A stretch of DNA of 64,000 bases from a virus: positions 6,970 through 70,969 of the IMG/VR virus record IMGVR_UViG_3300032249_000628, one strand, 5' to 3'. Below are positions 18,801 to 26,400 of this stretch, piece after piece. The translations under genes were made by a program, and so were the position numbers. The notes under the pieces are model-generated. The model ran no database searches, was not told the origin of the DNA, and worked only from the letters and a program-made list of their open reading frames with translations. Every line of letters starts with the position of its first letter. The first letter of the stretch is position 1.

Positions 18801-21411
18801 ATTTGATAAAAAATTCATTACTAATGGTTATTGGCGGGCTAAGTCTGGAGTGACTAAAGTTTCTTTCCCAGTACTCCCCGGCTCAGGTTACAAAATATTT
18901 ATAACTACTATATCTGAAACACCGGCAGAAACACAGTCTCTATTGGTTGGAACACAAAATGTAAATAGAAGGATAACTCTTGATTCATCAAAATCAGACT
19001 CTGAGGGGCTATTCTCATATGAGTTCGATGAAGGATACATTGTAAATAGGCTTGGTGATTGCGGCAGTTTTCGTCCACAACTTATAAACAAACCCACCAC
19101 TTATTCTTTTGATGCTCAAGTTTTAAGAGATAGTTCAACTATCAGTTTCTATGTGAGTAATAATTCTAGAAGACTAGATATTAAAACAAATTCTTATTTA
19201 CCAAAAACAACTAGATTGCTAGGTATATCTGGAGTTTTAATCCCCATAGAAACTGTTAGAAGTACATTTACAAGCTCTTTTCAAGTATTTGATAGATATG
19301 AATACTATCGTATTTCTGATCCTCAACCAGAACAAATTATTACAGAAACAGTACTATCACCAATATTAAATGACAATACCGTATACTGTGTTGATGGATG
19401 TGAAGATACTTTGGGTGGCAAACAAATTGCTGACGGTCCAGTTATTGTCGCACAAGAAATAGAACATTTTTCACAATTTATGACCGGCGTAGCAAGATCA
19501 AGAATTACTGTGATATCTGACTCTAGCCTAGTTCAAGGTCAGTGTATGGGAGATGAAAATTTCAGAATGAGTGCTGACACTGTTAGATTCCTAAGAAGCC
19601 TATACCCATTTACGAATTGGCCTAACACAAATGCGGGTAGACAATATACTAATATGACAAAAATTATGTCTCCAGAAAGAGGCAGTCCGCAAAAATATAG
19701 AAGTATTGTCAACAATAGCGGGTTAGCACATATGTTTGGTGATTTTGCAGGATCGCCAGCAGCTATTTCTGCTTTCTCAAATAAAGAATCAAGATATGAT
19801 CCTAAGTTTGTTAAACGCCCTAAAGACCCTTGGCCTGACGATGCTGATTTTGACGCAATAGAAGCTGCCAAAAAAGCTTTTATTAGACTCTTTAGTAGTA
19901 TACAGAGTTCTTACGGCGCTACGGCTATGTTTAGCGGTGTAGTAGATGGAACTTTATATAGAGATGCTGGTATCGGTGGCGGTATGCCACAACTGATGAA
20001 GGATAAGGGATATGATTATTTGGACTTCGATATCATGCAGTCTGGATATCCCGGTGATCTATTCGGTTATTCAATTTCGCTCTATAAAAATAAACTAGTT
20101 GTTGGTTCACCATATAGTGCATTCTCAAGAGAGAATACATCTTCTTGGGATTATATTCTTAATGGAGGAGCTTCTTCTGGAATAGAATTATCTTATAACG
20201 GAGGCGCTGGAGCGGCCTACATCTTTGAAAGAAATAATAGAGGTAGTGGCTTACACGGAGCATTTACTCCTTGGTCATTCACTCAAAAATTAAGACCAAA
20301 TAGTATAAATACAGGAGCTAATTCTGGTATAGCAATTATGGGTGATAGATTCGGTAATGATATAGATATCGATGGCGATATTGTTGTTATTGGCGCTCCC
20401 GGCCATGACTATGGAAACTATGTTATAAATGGAAGTGGAGAATTTATAAGAAGGTGTTTCAATCCAGAGTTTAATATTCCATCTAGAACTGTTATTGATC
20501 TAGGGAACTCTGGTGTTAGAAATACTTACGATCCATCAGTTGTAGCAGACAATACCAATATCAATGGTGGAGCCATTTTTACATTTGAAAATAAGATAGT
20601 AGATTGGCCCACAAAGAAACAAGAATGGGTGTATGTTGAAAAAGTCATAGAAAATGCCTCATTCTATCACTCAGGCATTCTCTATAACGAAGAACCATCA
20701 GACAGATTCGGAGAGTCCGTATCTGTAGATAGATCAAGAAGAACAGATGCTGATTATACGATTTTAGGAAGTTCCAGAAGTGAAACATCCAATAGACAAT
20801 TATCTGGAACTAATCAATTTGTTATCGGTGCAGGAGCTACGTTTGTTACCGATATTATGTTAAGAGGACAATCTCCAGCTATTCAAAGTCCAAACGCCTT
20901 TATTGATGCAAAATTCTTTGGAGAAACCAATGCTTCTGGACAAACAATGTTTATGTCATTCCAAAATAATAATGACGCTAACAAAGAATATCGAACTAGT
21001 GGAGTTATTTATAGTAATGATCAAGGAGAAATCTTTATCGAAGCATCTGGACAAGACCCAGTATTAAAGGGCTTTATTGAACACAGGCCATACATTAAGT
21101 CTGTTGAAGGAATCTATTTCTTTGGTATACCAAATAGCGGTAATTTACCACTATTTATTGACAGCATTAACAATTCTTCTGGAAATATGAACCTATTTAC
21201 TGGTGTGGATAGCATAATTAATGTGTATAATGATTTAGGATTGTACACTAGCGCCGTCGATGGAATAGTTTCCAACGACCCGTCTGGAATGCTTTTATAC
21301 GTACATACTCCAGACCCAACCGTTGTATTCGCGTCTGGATTAATATTGTATATGGCTAGTGGGGTAGGAAGTTATTCTGATAGCCTAAATCTAAGAATCA
21401 GAGGAAAATAA
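9814..21411 (+). CDS. Giant (3,865 aa) virion tail/adhesin protein: LamG-like domain, seven FG-GAP repeats, vWA-like and GATase-like (DUF4350-type) inserts
   Basis: FG-GAP motifs such as KFGKSVAVKGNLACVGAPG…GAVYIY and RFGNDIDIDGDIVVIGAPG. LamG-like strand pattern at about 12,390-12,900 (FYLRFTP…VLVTF…KLYVD…ITVG). Directly follows TMP. Confidence 0.75.
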   Translation: MSDICLSCVKNYSTRIGSAGSFKAKAIVNHSPIMKIGGVGTIIVNNSLKSSNEAKLAAQGDLKGKCQLSIGLPALSESGIGKIRGSVQLAKANLSARVSSISKIPNVKTDKFAGSINQLNNINDFNATQKLYPIRDIVTSLNNSYFVDSTNGTQSLFANIDEGVFIGNYTKHGKNSKIIADDKLTFIQPSSVMSDGDFRYTCEVTKPIDNAEESFLFIRAAAPTYTKSSYIPPQYRIHNIKLLDPSGNLVIKYKDIFVHGDADYQSDYVNFATYISEPETNNLLLRTWESGYPLMGYPSGYTLNLDFSTQCFYDPFSEAFNKGYEESCEQANLDKNTNFALTRENSIRISAIEICNSGGYDSVFSSGVGILRDNYLPFYTDVAPIGQRLTKYIVPIDMIASDVDVDIYPEAYSLWESNPDSYENKDNSLTNPTRTASRLQDDYPFHYIKLLSSTPHIDSGRLTLRFTNLPPKAVWSQSDGSFTQAFSNKSYNIAEFAPSKEDDNFFIIDEVYLKVIAKKAPGSVDYALDVLGYNDDKLLNRTPKIGAFLQNELDINQRGFTPQVSGFRHIDDFGISTLSISDKDQVYIRDITLNPAKDHYELSQSPLIDSTNFKEYKIPLTIYDDPVLVGKSVDYRNSSYIENLFVDLYPIPSGAIISTVQLVVKYKPSNGLMLHTFAQGSKELTRRTVNLTPSAKQSIDPPIFSNAPLSYISGIPQGYTNVTKTNSSRRWRGVGGTIVNGPYDPRAFDFSFYNPEVNVPFLSGYFNFNHTTGNVILSEALGNNLGNVSGLYVGDLQNSLISNIGNRFRNNDIFSTQLPGYNSQYRTIDWTSLSSGQMNFVNDPLYGKISDSYEHAVRTSGSNGYISFPPFNSGFPVGGKGFGFYLRFTPDVRNSGVGYNLFNSGVLAAQHTSNLGFILCYENENLCLKYPGGQIKDTRKYYEYSYPLNVLVTFGELEVSNTPNLFIPIQADSKFKLYVDSDNRESVSSLIGVSNTISPVLTSNITVGHCASSGVGLNMFVHEIGLTSIAVGSNNTTKVCNIVQNAPVVSQPWIDYINNPQISQFDRESASGLVFHPYDRPSPLKYILAEDFFKSVSSKYIDNATYDKNYLYEYIDEDVSSWKLGAFKICSFSAAFDSFTKRIGKDFINHYIKSNGISYSEIFDLSLPSNIYASGLSYHTQIENDSLRVFLSDVPESGSFYSSHPRISKTLPRGYNFVEDALVVDSIIQHETLNNISWSDGKIGPKLIVSLYTPTKDPSYAPSKKNWGLVNRAIHFLEPSGCWQKISSTFNYQDFLDTSEPWANFDFDQSITEFDTKYYSTDINRMYLQYDLVYPSSAPFESQIKLHSVNVRLANALVSEENINNGINFYSNADKKWLEDINLYVYGRGVMSDDLNLYTSGTFPDSTSGNFNMFVTSAYYANGENIKLFTLNKNTIDSSTSQLFGAIAGEDYYLGPNLYVSGRYNKFDEQSLPITIINRIEDQSSSGSLPIFTKSVGLTEDTKSSIILHIQASPTRSSLVYREVMPMFINSPAIPLKVDGEDNGPKMNLWIDGKDFSVTSIDSSINMFLVNYPAFNVAGSQQDTITWNSDYTGKNIAVDDNKYAYLNANDEIRGVELLCYGNCQNTDSCSEMPIILHEDIWSTQNDCVDGGIFRAKNTYTNLETSGFKTDVGYSGHFYGIRKYTNLIPQAPYLVNIVGKTGSKATIELPTEYIESEYGIDENVINNITVNSGYTNYTNRKLTADSILGNQSYYDRQINEKFGKSVAVKGNLACVGAPGHNIAYTEYDANGNLVNYTLDDAGAVYIYRRDNRPSGYSWPEGTQKSSWYLEERLYLPSGFLKDYYDRIETQLFFGGPNAIQRKWNVGQEGRQFGHSLDLAVSNNHKSFGHDNREVLVVGGPSAKWNRDFEDLYTSGVQIGVIIFTDEFFPTIPVPGRSPRNYYSYEDILETIYNKDLLFRYFADPPIRFDVKVIICEPIKNTNTIVKEFPEPKPDFIIKKQIERIRGIRTDEKDQRILSGIKEAFHEAFPYDENKLHNNIPLILGLYSDNSASMNRSLGKAKDLFKSYYLDYSFASGLRDFYGVRNSGACVEYTSNFGSAENWVIMSQTILNDVLDTGRLIQNDQVKYLTSGVGQEFFNENLSQFNYPPESGGRVYIFEKESGAWNLIQEIRSPNITYGTPDRFGHAVAISDDTEVIAIGSPYISEACKVYEYKPEEKDRLYASLYSWLRHKNSITGGLSAKYRNLISDYENWASAYGIQYANQILYSKIDSTDKFEARKYFNIREYQNIYTYGYNSINYTFGTWSFIPEHFAPTSRLGYSVDVNEDGTVVAFGAPTDSFNEWEDGNVWYKNEGYSDPDNDENLNTNLISPSWINSTNAGAVRLFEARKYYPHNSVVEFGKFGNLQESMSFPEDSGHFNYLATAFSDMNFRKTEFTEVKIPQEAGLAFIITPEVDALSDEVADNILNWLALGDRNLVLVGNDPIWEKDGIYEDSNDIVNKILERLKSRLRIFPARNSYEALSSGCSWALPSYIPRYTTPSYIQPIITNAYGVGDIRMYLKNSTNFAQFMPCTSKNDKLPSELIDYGESEFEIINEKCELPLKHLGDLRAEWLEVCTTCFDDRKLYYPVNWAYLFRTYSPACCSPKVGPFNLPQQEPVPLMVAGDYVIKTTKIPASPAVSGIRPIFKTVTQEGSSSETIFDAPISPSSVEFIWNSGQNTSSYLNLNDGQINSDGLFYTPEIFDDRQSLIMANAIPQSEMLEQRELISPAGYYCVEETLENGSSKIIFIAGVFTESENNLYSGGGDRNLNFYANLVGKTIEGESLVAQLGGWTNRASFAEGYEKSFLLDLFLNLGNDVEENVTTISDQHDVCWIANAAGIPSPEELNQIKSWLNLPNKKLIITYDNTTSQVLIAKQISDLLNSRIKPLYLPVLDIYPIVNIGIGYFNSRGYLEFNSIHPVSTGRNANTSITYFYIVDFAGFVPLALVQDTVPICYDTQPIFDKKFITNGYWRAKSGVTKVSFPVLPGSGYKIFITTISETPAETQSLLVGTQNVNRRITLDSSKSDSEGLFSYEFDEGYIVNRLGDCGSFRPQLINKPTTYSFDAQVLRDSSTISFYVSNNSRRLDIKTNSYLPKTTRLLGISGVLIPIETVRSTFTSSFQVFDRYEYYRISDPQPEQIITETVLSPILNDNTVYCVDGCEDTLGGKQIADGPVIVAQEIEHFSQFMTGVARSRITVISDSSLVQGQCMGDENFRMSADTVRFLRSLYPFTNWPNTNAGRQYTNMTKIMSPERGSPQKYRSIVNNSGLAHMFGDFAGSPAAISAFSNKESRYDPKFVKRPKDPWPDDADFDAIEAAKKAFIRLFSSIQSSYGATAMFSGVVDGTLYRDAGIGGGMPQLMKDKGYDYLDFDIMQSGYPGDLFGYSISLYKNKLVVGSPYSAFSRENTSSWDYILNGGASSGIELSYNGGAGAAYIFERNNRGSGLHGAFTPWSFTQKLRPNSINTGANSGIAIMGDRFGNDIDIDGDIVVIGAPGHDYGNYVINGSGEFIRRCFNPEFNIPSRTVIDLGNSGVRNTYDPSVVADNTNINGGAIFTFENKIVDWPTKKQEWVYVEKVIENASFYHSGILYNEEPSDRFGESVSVDRSRRTDADYTILGSSRSETSNRQLSGTNQFVIGAGATFVTDIMLRGQSPAIQSPNAFIDAKFFGETNASGQTMFMSFQNNNDANKEYRTSGVIYSNDQGEIFIEASGQDPVLKGFIEHRPYIKSVEGIYFFGIPNSGNLPLFIDSINNSSGNMNLFTGVDSIINVYNDLGLYTSAVDGIVSNDPSGMLLYVHTPDPTVVFASGLILYMASGVGSYSDSLNLRIRGK

Positions 21412-21412
21412 T

Positions 21413-23119
21413 ATGATTATTGTTTACAGGGGCGGTACAACAGCCCAAATCATACGCCCGTGTCCTCTAATATCACTGACATGGAATGCTTCGCAAAATA
21501 AGGGTGGTACAGGTGGTGGTTCTTATTCCATAACTCTCACCGGAACTATATTAGATGATGAAGGTTCGCCATTTGTAACAGGTGGAACAGGTGATACAAG
21601 CCCTTCTGATATTGCAACTTTTTCTGTCTCTTATGAGCCTAGGCCGGTCAGTCAAGTTATTCCCACTGATGAAAAACTTGGTAGTATTTTAAAGAAACAA
21701 ATTGCATTAAGAGAATTATTTGCAGATAAATGTAACAAGATCGAAGTATTACCGATCAGTGGAAATGAGCCGGTTTTTACTTTTTATCCCAAGTTTGTGT
21801 CTATAAATTTTGACCAAGGGGTTTGGGTAAATACTTGTAATTATACCATAGAACTTGAAGCTGGATTTTTATTAGACAAAGATGAAAAAATTATTGGCGC
21901 TGCTAGTTATGGTGCTAATTCTGGTATCACACTTGATGCTTTTAAGCAACAGTTTGGAGGATTCGTTGAGGATTTTTCTGAAAGTTGGTCTATAGAGCCA
22001 GAAGATGGTAATGGAAATACACATGCCCCCACCGATTTAGGAAATAAATATAATATCAGAAACTATCGTGTTACAAGAAATTTAAGCGCTACTGGAAAAC
22101 GCGGAGGTCCGCTTTGTGACGATTCTAATCATCCAGCTATGCAAGCCAAAAAGTTTATTCTCAAGTATGCTGCAAGCGGTTTGCCCAATCACCAAAATTA
22201 TCCAGATAATTTTGTTGGTGGATTCATTGCTAGTGGTACTATTAATATAGCTGATTCTATTTTTGGTGGTTATAATCACTTAAGAACAGAAAGTATTGAC
22301 AAAACCGGAGGAGTATATACGCTAAATGATACTTGGTTATTATCTAGTGGCACAGCGTATGAGAATTATAGCTTATCGTTATCTAGCTCTATAACAGATA
22401 CTGTATCAACTGTTTCTGTTAACGGTACTATAAAAGGATTAACCTCCGTTCCACCAAGTGGTTCAATTTTTGGAGGCAATTACTCTGCGCAAGGTTTCAA
22501 TAATCCATATCAAAACGCAACATTAAAATATTATGAAATAACTAATAATGGGGCTTTTGGTCCTCTTTGCCACGTATACAAGCGTGCAATGAATATTACT
22601 GATTTGAATTTAAATCATCAACCGTTGTCAATCAGTATAGGAACCAATGAATTTACTGGAGAGATAACATATAATATTGAGTATAATGATAGACCTTCTA
22701 ATTTAGTTAGTGGCGTTTTATCCGAAAGTATATCTGTCAGTGATACTTACCCCGGCGATGTTTTTGCAGTTATTCCGGTGATAGGTAGAGCTACTGGGCC
22801 AGTATTACAATACATTGGCGGTAGAACAGAATACCAAAGAAGTGTAAATATTGATCTAGTTATGGATAGAAAATATTATCAGAATCTAAGCAATGTTCCA
22901 AACCCAAACCCATCTCAAGTTCGTAATTTTGGTATTTTATCAAAGCCAAGCTTGGTAGAGCCTTTTAGAAGTCAGATCAATTCTATTGTATCAGCTTATA
23001 GCCCAGCACAAGAAGTGGGAGTTAGAAAATACTTTCTTAGTCCACCAACAGAAACTTGGGATGCAAAAAGTGGAAGCTACAGTTTAAGTCTAAATTGGAC
23101 CTACGAACTAAACCAATAA
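21413..23119 (+). CDS. Putative tail tip/distal tail structural protein
   Basis: 568 aa, rich in beta-strands and Ser/Thr/Gly, with repeated strand pairs (YSITLTGT, YTIELE, YNIEY, YSLSLNWTYE); tail module position. Confidence 0.5.
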   Translation: MIIVYRGGTTAQIIRPCPLISLTWNASQNKGGTGGGSYSITLTGTILDDEGSPFVTGGTGDTSPSDIATFSVSYEPRPVSQVIPTDEKLGSILKKQIALRELFADKCNKIEVLPISGNEPVFTFYPKFVSINFDQGVWVNTCNYTIELEAGFLLDKDEKIIGAASYGANSGITLDAFKQQFGGFVEDFSESWSIEPEDGNGNTHAPTDLGNKYNIRNYRVTRNLSATGKRGGPLCDDSNHPAMQAKKFILKYAASGLPNHQNYPDNFVGGFIASGTINIADSIFGGYNHLRTESIDKTGGVYTLNDTWLLSSGTAYENYSLSLSSSITDTVSTVSVNGTIKGLTSVPPSGSIFGGNYSAQGFNNPYQNATLKYYEITNNGAFGPLCHVYKRAMNITDLNLNHQPLSISIGTNEFTGEITYNIEYNDRPSNLVSGVLSESISVSDTYPGDVFAVIPVIGRATGPVLQYIGGRTEYQRSVNIDLVMDRKYYQNLSNVPNPNPSQVRNFGILSKPSLVEPFRSQINSIVSAYSPAQEVGVRKYFLSPPTETWDAKSGSYSLSLNWTYELNQ

Positions 23120-23122
23120 CAA

Positions 23123-23458
23123 ATGTCATACGAAAATTTAGTACAAATACCAGACAATACTGTAATCCCCTCGGGTCAATCCGTTAGTACGACCCAAGCC
23201 CCAACCTTTGCGGTAAATCCTAATGCTGTTCCAATAGTAGCTCCTAGTGGATTGGTTTGGACTGAAAATTTCAATTTATCTAACGGACTATCCTCTAGGT
23301 TAATAGCTGGTGCTTCTGGTATCAACGATTTTACAATTGTAAATCCATATATACATTATGCTTCACCAACCGGCACTATCATTAAATTCGATCCAACATC
23401 ATTGCTAGAATTAGCAACAACTAGATTCAATATTTATAGTTCACAATTCAGAAATTAA
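23123..23458 (+). CDS. Small hypothetical virion-associated protein
   Basis: 111-aa ORF tightly packed between tail genes (3-nt gaps). Confidence 0.6.
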   Translation: MSYENLVQIPDNTVIPSGQSVSTTQAPTFAVNPNAVPIVAPSGLVWTENFNLSNGLSSRLIAGASGINDFTIVNPYIHYASPTGTIIKFDPTSLLELATTRFNIYSSQFRN

Positions 23459-23461
23459 ATT

Positions 23462-26400
23462 ATGCCATACGAAGATATCATTCAAAATCCCGGCACTACG
23501 GCAACAACCACCACCACAACTACTTCTCAACCAGTATTTCCTTTTGGTATTCAGCCAGCTTCTGGATACTATGGCAATAATTGGCCTGCTAGTAGTGGTG
23601 CTATGCCATCGTCTTTTTCTGCTGGGGGATGGACAGTAGACGCTCGCGGTTTTGCCCAACAGACGTTTCTCGGAGCTTCTATTCGCAGTTTCACAATGAA
23701 TGGCGGGTTTGGTGATTCTAGTTCTTCGTTAAGTGTTGAATTAATAAATGATGAATATAACATATCTGATAAAACCCCTATTGGTCTAGGAGATGATGTA
23801 TACCATAGCGGCCAATATGATAAATTCTCTCCACCTATGGTTGGATCGCCCGTGTTTTTTAAATTTGGACAAAATTTTGCAACAGTGTCGGAGGCATATA
23901 AGCAAACCTTTGATGATCTATACGGTACTAACACCGCCCAAGCTCTTATCGAAAGAACCATTGTCGGCACTTATGATAAAAATAATTTTCGTAATTTACC
24001 TGACGGTCACTATGTGGATATTTTTTTGAGCGGGATATATGATTATAATCCCATATTAAATAGCGTTGATCGTGGTAGAAACCACATGGTTTTTGGCGGT
24101 ATTTTACAAACATATACTCAAAATAGAGGACCGGGAGGAAATCCACTATATAGTGTTCAAGTAATTGATCCCAGAGAAATCCTTTCAAATGTTACATTGA
24201 TTCTTAATAATTATACTGGATCAATTTATAATCAAAATAACCTTCTTAATATTTATGGATTTCTTGAGTTTAATCCATCTACAGAAACAGAAGAAGCTAT
24301 AAAAAAAGTACTAAAACTAAAGTCAGAATTAAAAAAGGTTGTCTCCGCAAGTGGATCATTTGCTTTCAGTGGAAATGATACATACTCTGCTTCTGGTAAT
24401 AATCAGAAAATTACTGCAACCTCATTACCATCATCTTTCCCCATAACTGGCACCGGTTTCTCTAGAAGAGGCTCTCAAGGAATTCCGTACTATAGAGTGC
24501 AACAAGCCGTTAATACTATTATGGGATATAACGGCGCTATGCCTCAAGAATATATCGATAAAGCGTTTGGTGGAGCAATTAATTTTAGAGGATTTAATTA
24601 TGTAGTAGACTTTGGCTCTCTGCCAGAGCTTCCTAGTATGTATTATCTGGATTTTGATCAGATCAACCTTTTAGAATTAGCTATGGAAATTTGTGATATT
24701 ACCAGTAGAGAATTATTTGTTACATTATTGCCAATAATAGATCATCCTACTTGTGCATTTTTAAATGCTTGGAATCAAGCTAATGGAACCGATCCGAAAA
24801 AGTTAATCGCCGGTATCATACGATTAGATGCTATAGATAGATCAACTCAGCCTAGATATGGTGCAATTAAATCTTATATTGATTCTTTAGCTACTAGCGG
24901 AATTTATGTTGAGAATCAAGACGTTGGCTATGAGTTATCTAACATTACCACCGATAAATTTATAGTAGGCGCACAAGAAGTAGAAATGTATTATTTTTCT
25001 ACCAATGCTGATAGAGATGAGCTTGATGTTCTAGCTAGACAAAACGGACAAGTCGAAAATACCCCCATTGGAGGTCAGTGGAGATTAGAATCTTCACTGG
25101 AACAGCAATTATTGCCTTACTATGGTATGCTTGGTAAAAATGCTGTTACTATTCCAAAGGGTTTTGGAGCATACCAGCAAATTTTACTGGATACTACCGG
25201 ATTAAGTGCTAATGGCGTAGGTGCTTATTATGTAGCTACAGAAATGGAGTTGAGGTGTGCAGCGGTATCATACGATAGATGGAAAGAATTCTTAAAAATA
25301 TATAACGATACATATATAGAGTCTTTAGAAAAAGATGATGCCACACAAACATCTGAATTGATTAAGGCAGTAGCACCCCCAAATTCTCCGCCAGTTGAAA
25401 TATCAAATTCATATGCCGTTACAGTTCCAAGATCATTATTCGATACATATGCTTTAAAAGATTATGGCGATGATGATTTACCGTTTAGCCCTTGTAATCC
25501 ACCATATGGGTATCCGCTATATTATAAGCGCATGACAAAGCTAGGTATTCCAGAGGGCGGCTTAACTGATTTACAAACAAGATATACTACAGTATTAACT
25601 AATTTTGCAGAATTAAAGTCAACAGATCAAAAGAATTTTAAAGCTGTATTAGAGACTCAGTTCAAAAGACTTAAAGAGATTAAAGAATCTACTGGATTGA
25701 GTCCATTCGAAGAAGAATATTTTAATTCTTTGCAAGACTTGATGAATACTCCTACTCCTACCCCGAAAAAAATTACTGAGACTGTTGCTCTTGTCGAAAG
25801 AAGCCTCACTAATAACAAGGATGTTTTCGCCGTTTTTCCAAGAATTGCCAAGAAAAATACAGAAAATGCTATGAGGGTATATAATTTCTTGAAAAATGTT
25901 GCAGATGAATGTTTGGGTAAAAAGTTTCTTGTTAAGCTTCCCAAAAAAGTCAATTTAGGATACGACAAACAAATTAGACTTAAAGGAAGTTATGAATATG
26001 ATCGCGGACCATTTGGTTTTCAACCAAGAGCAACCAATAACATTCCGGGTTATGAATTCTCTAAAGCATTTAAAAAGCAAATAGATTTAGATATAGATCC
26101 CAACACAAATATGATTAAGGGTTTTCTAAACTCTGGTATTAGAAATGAATTGTCAAAATACGGTGGAGCATTAGAAATAAATTATAATCCCATATCGGAA
26201 CAGCATGAAACTAATTATGTTCCTATGGACTTGGGTGGATTTTTTGAATTTGATTTATTCCAGAATTTATTGTCTCAAGAAGCTATCAATCAAGTAATAA
26301 AAACTAACTATACTAGCGCGCCACTTGGTGTGCAGCAATGTTTAATCCCTCAAGATTTAACTAACTTTATTAATGAACAAGGCAGAGTATCAGCATATGT

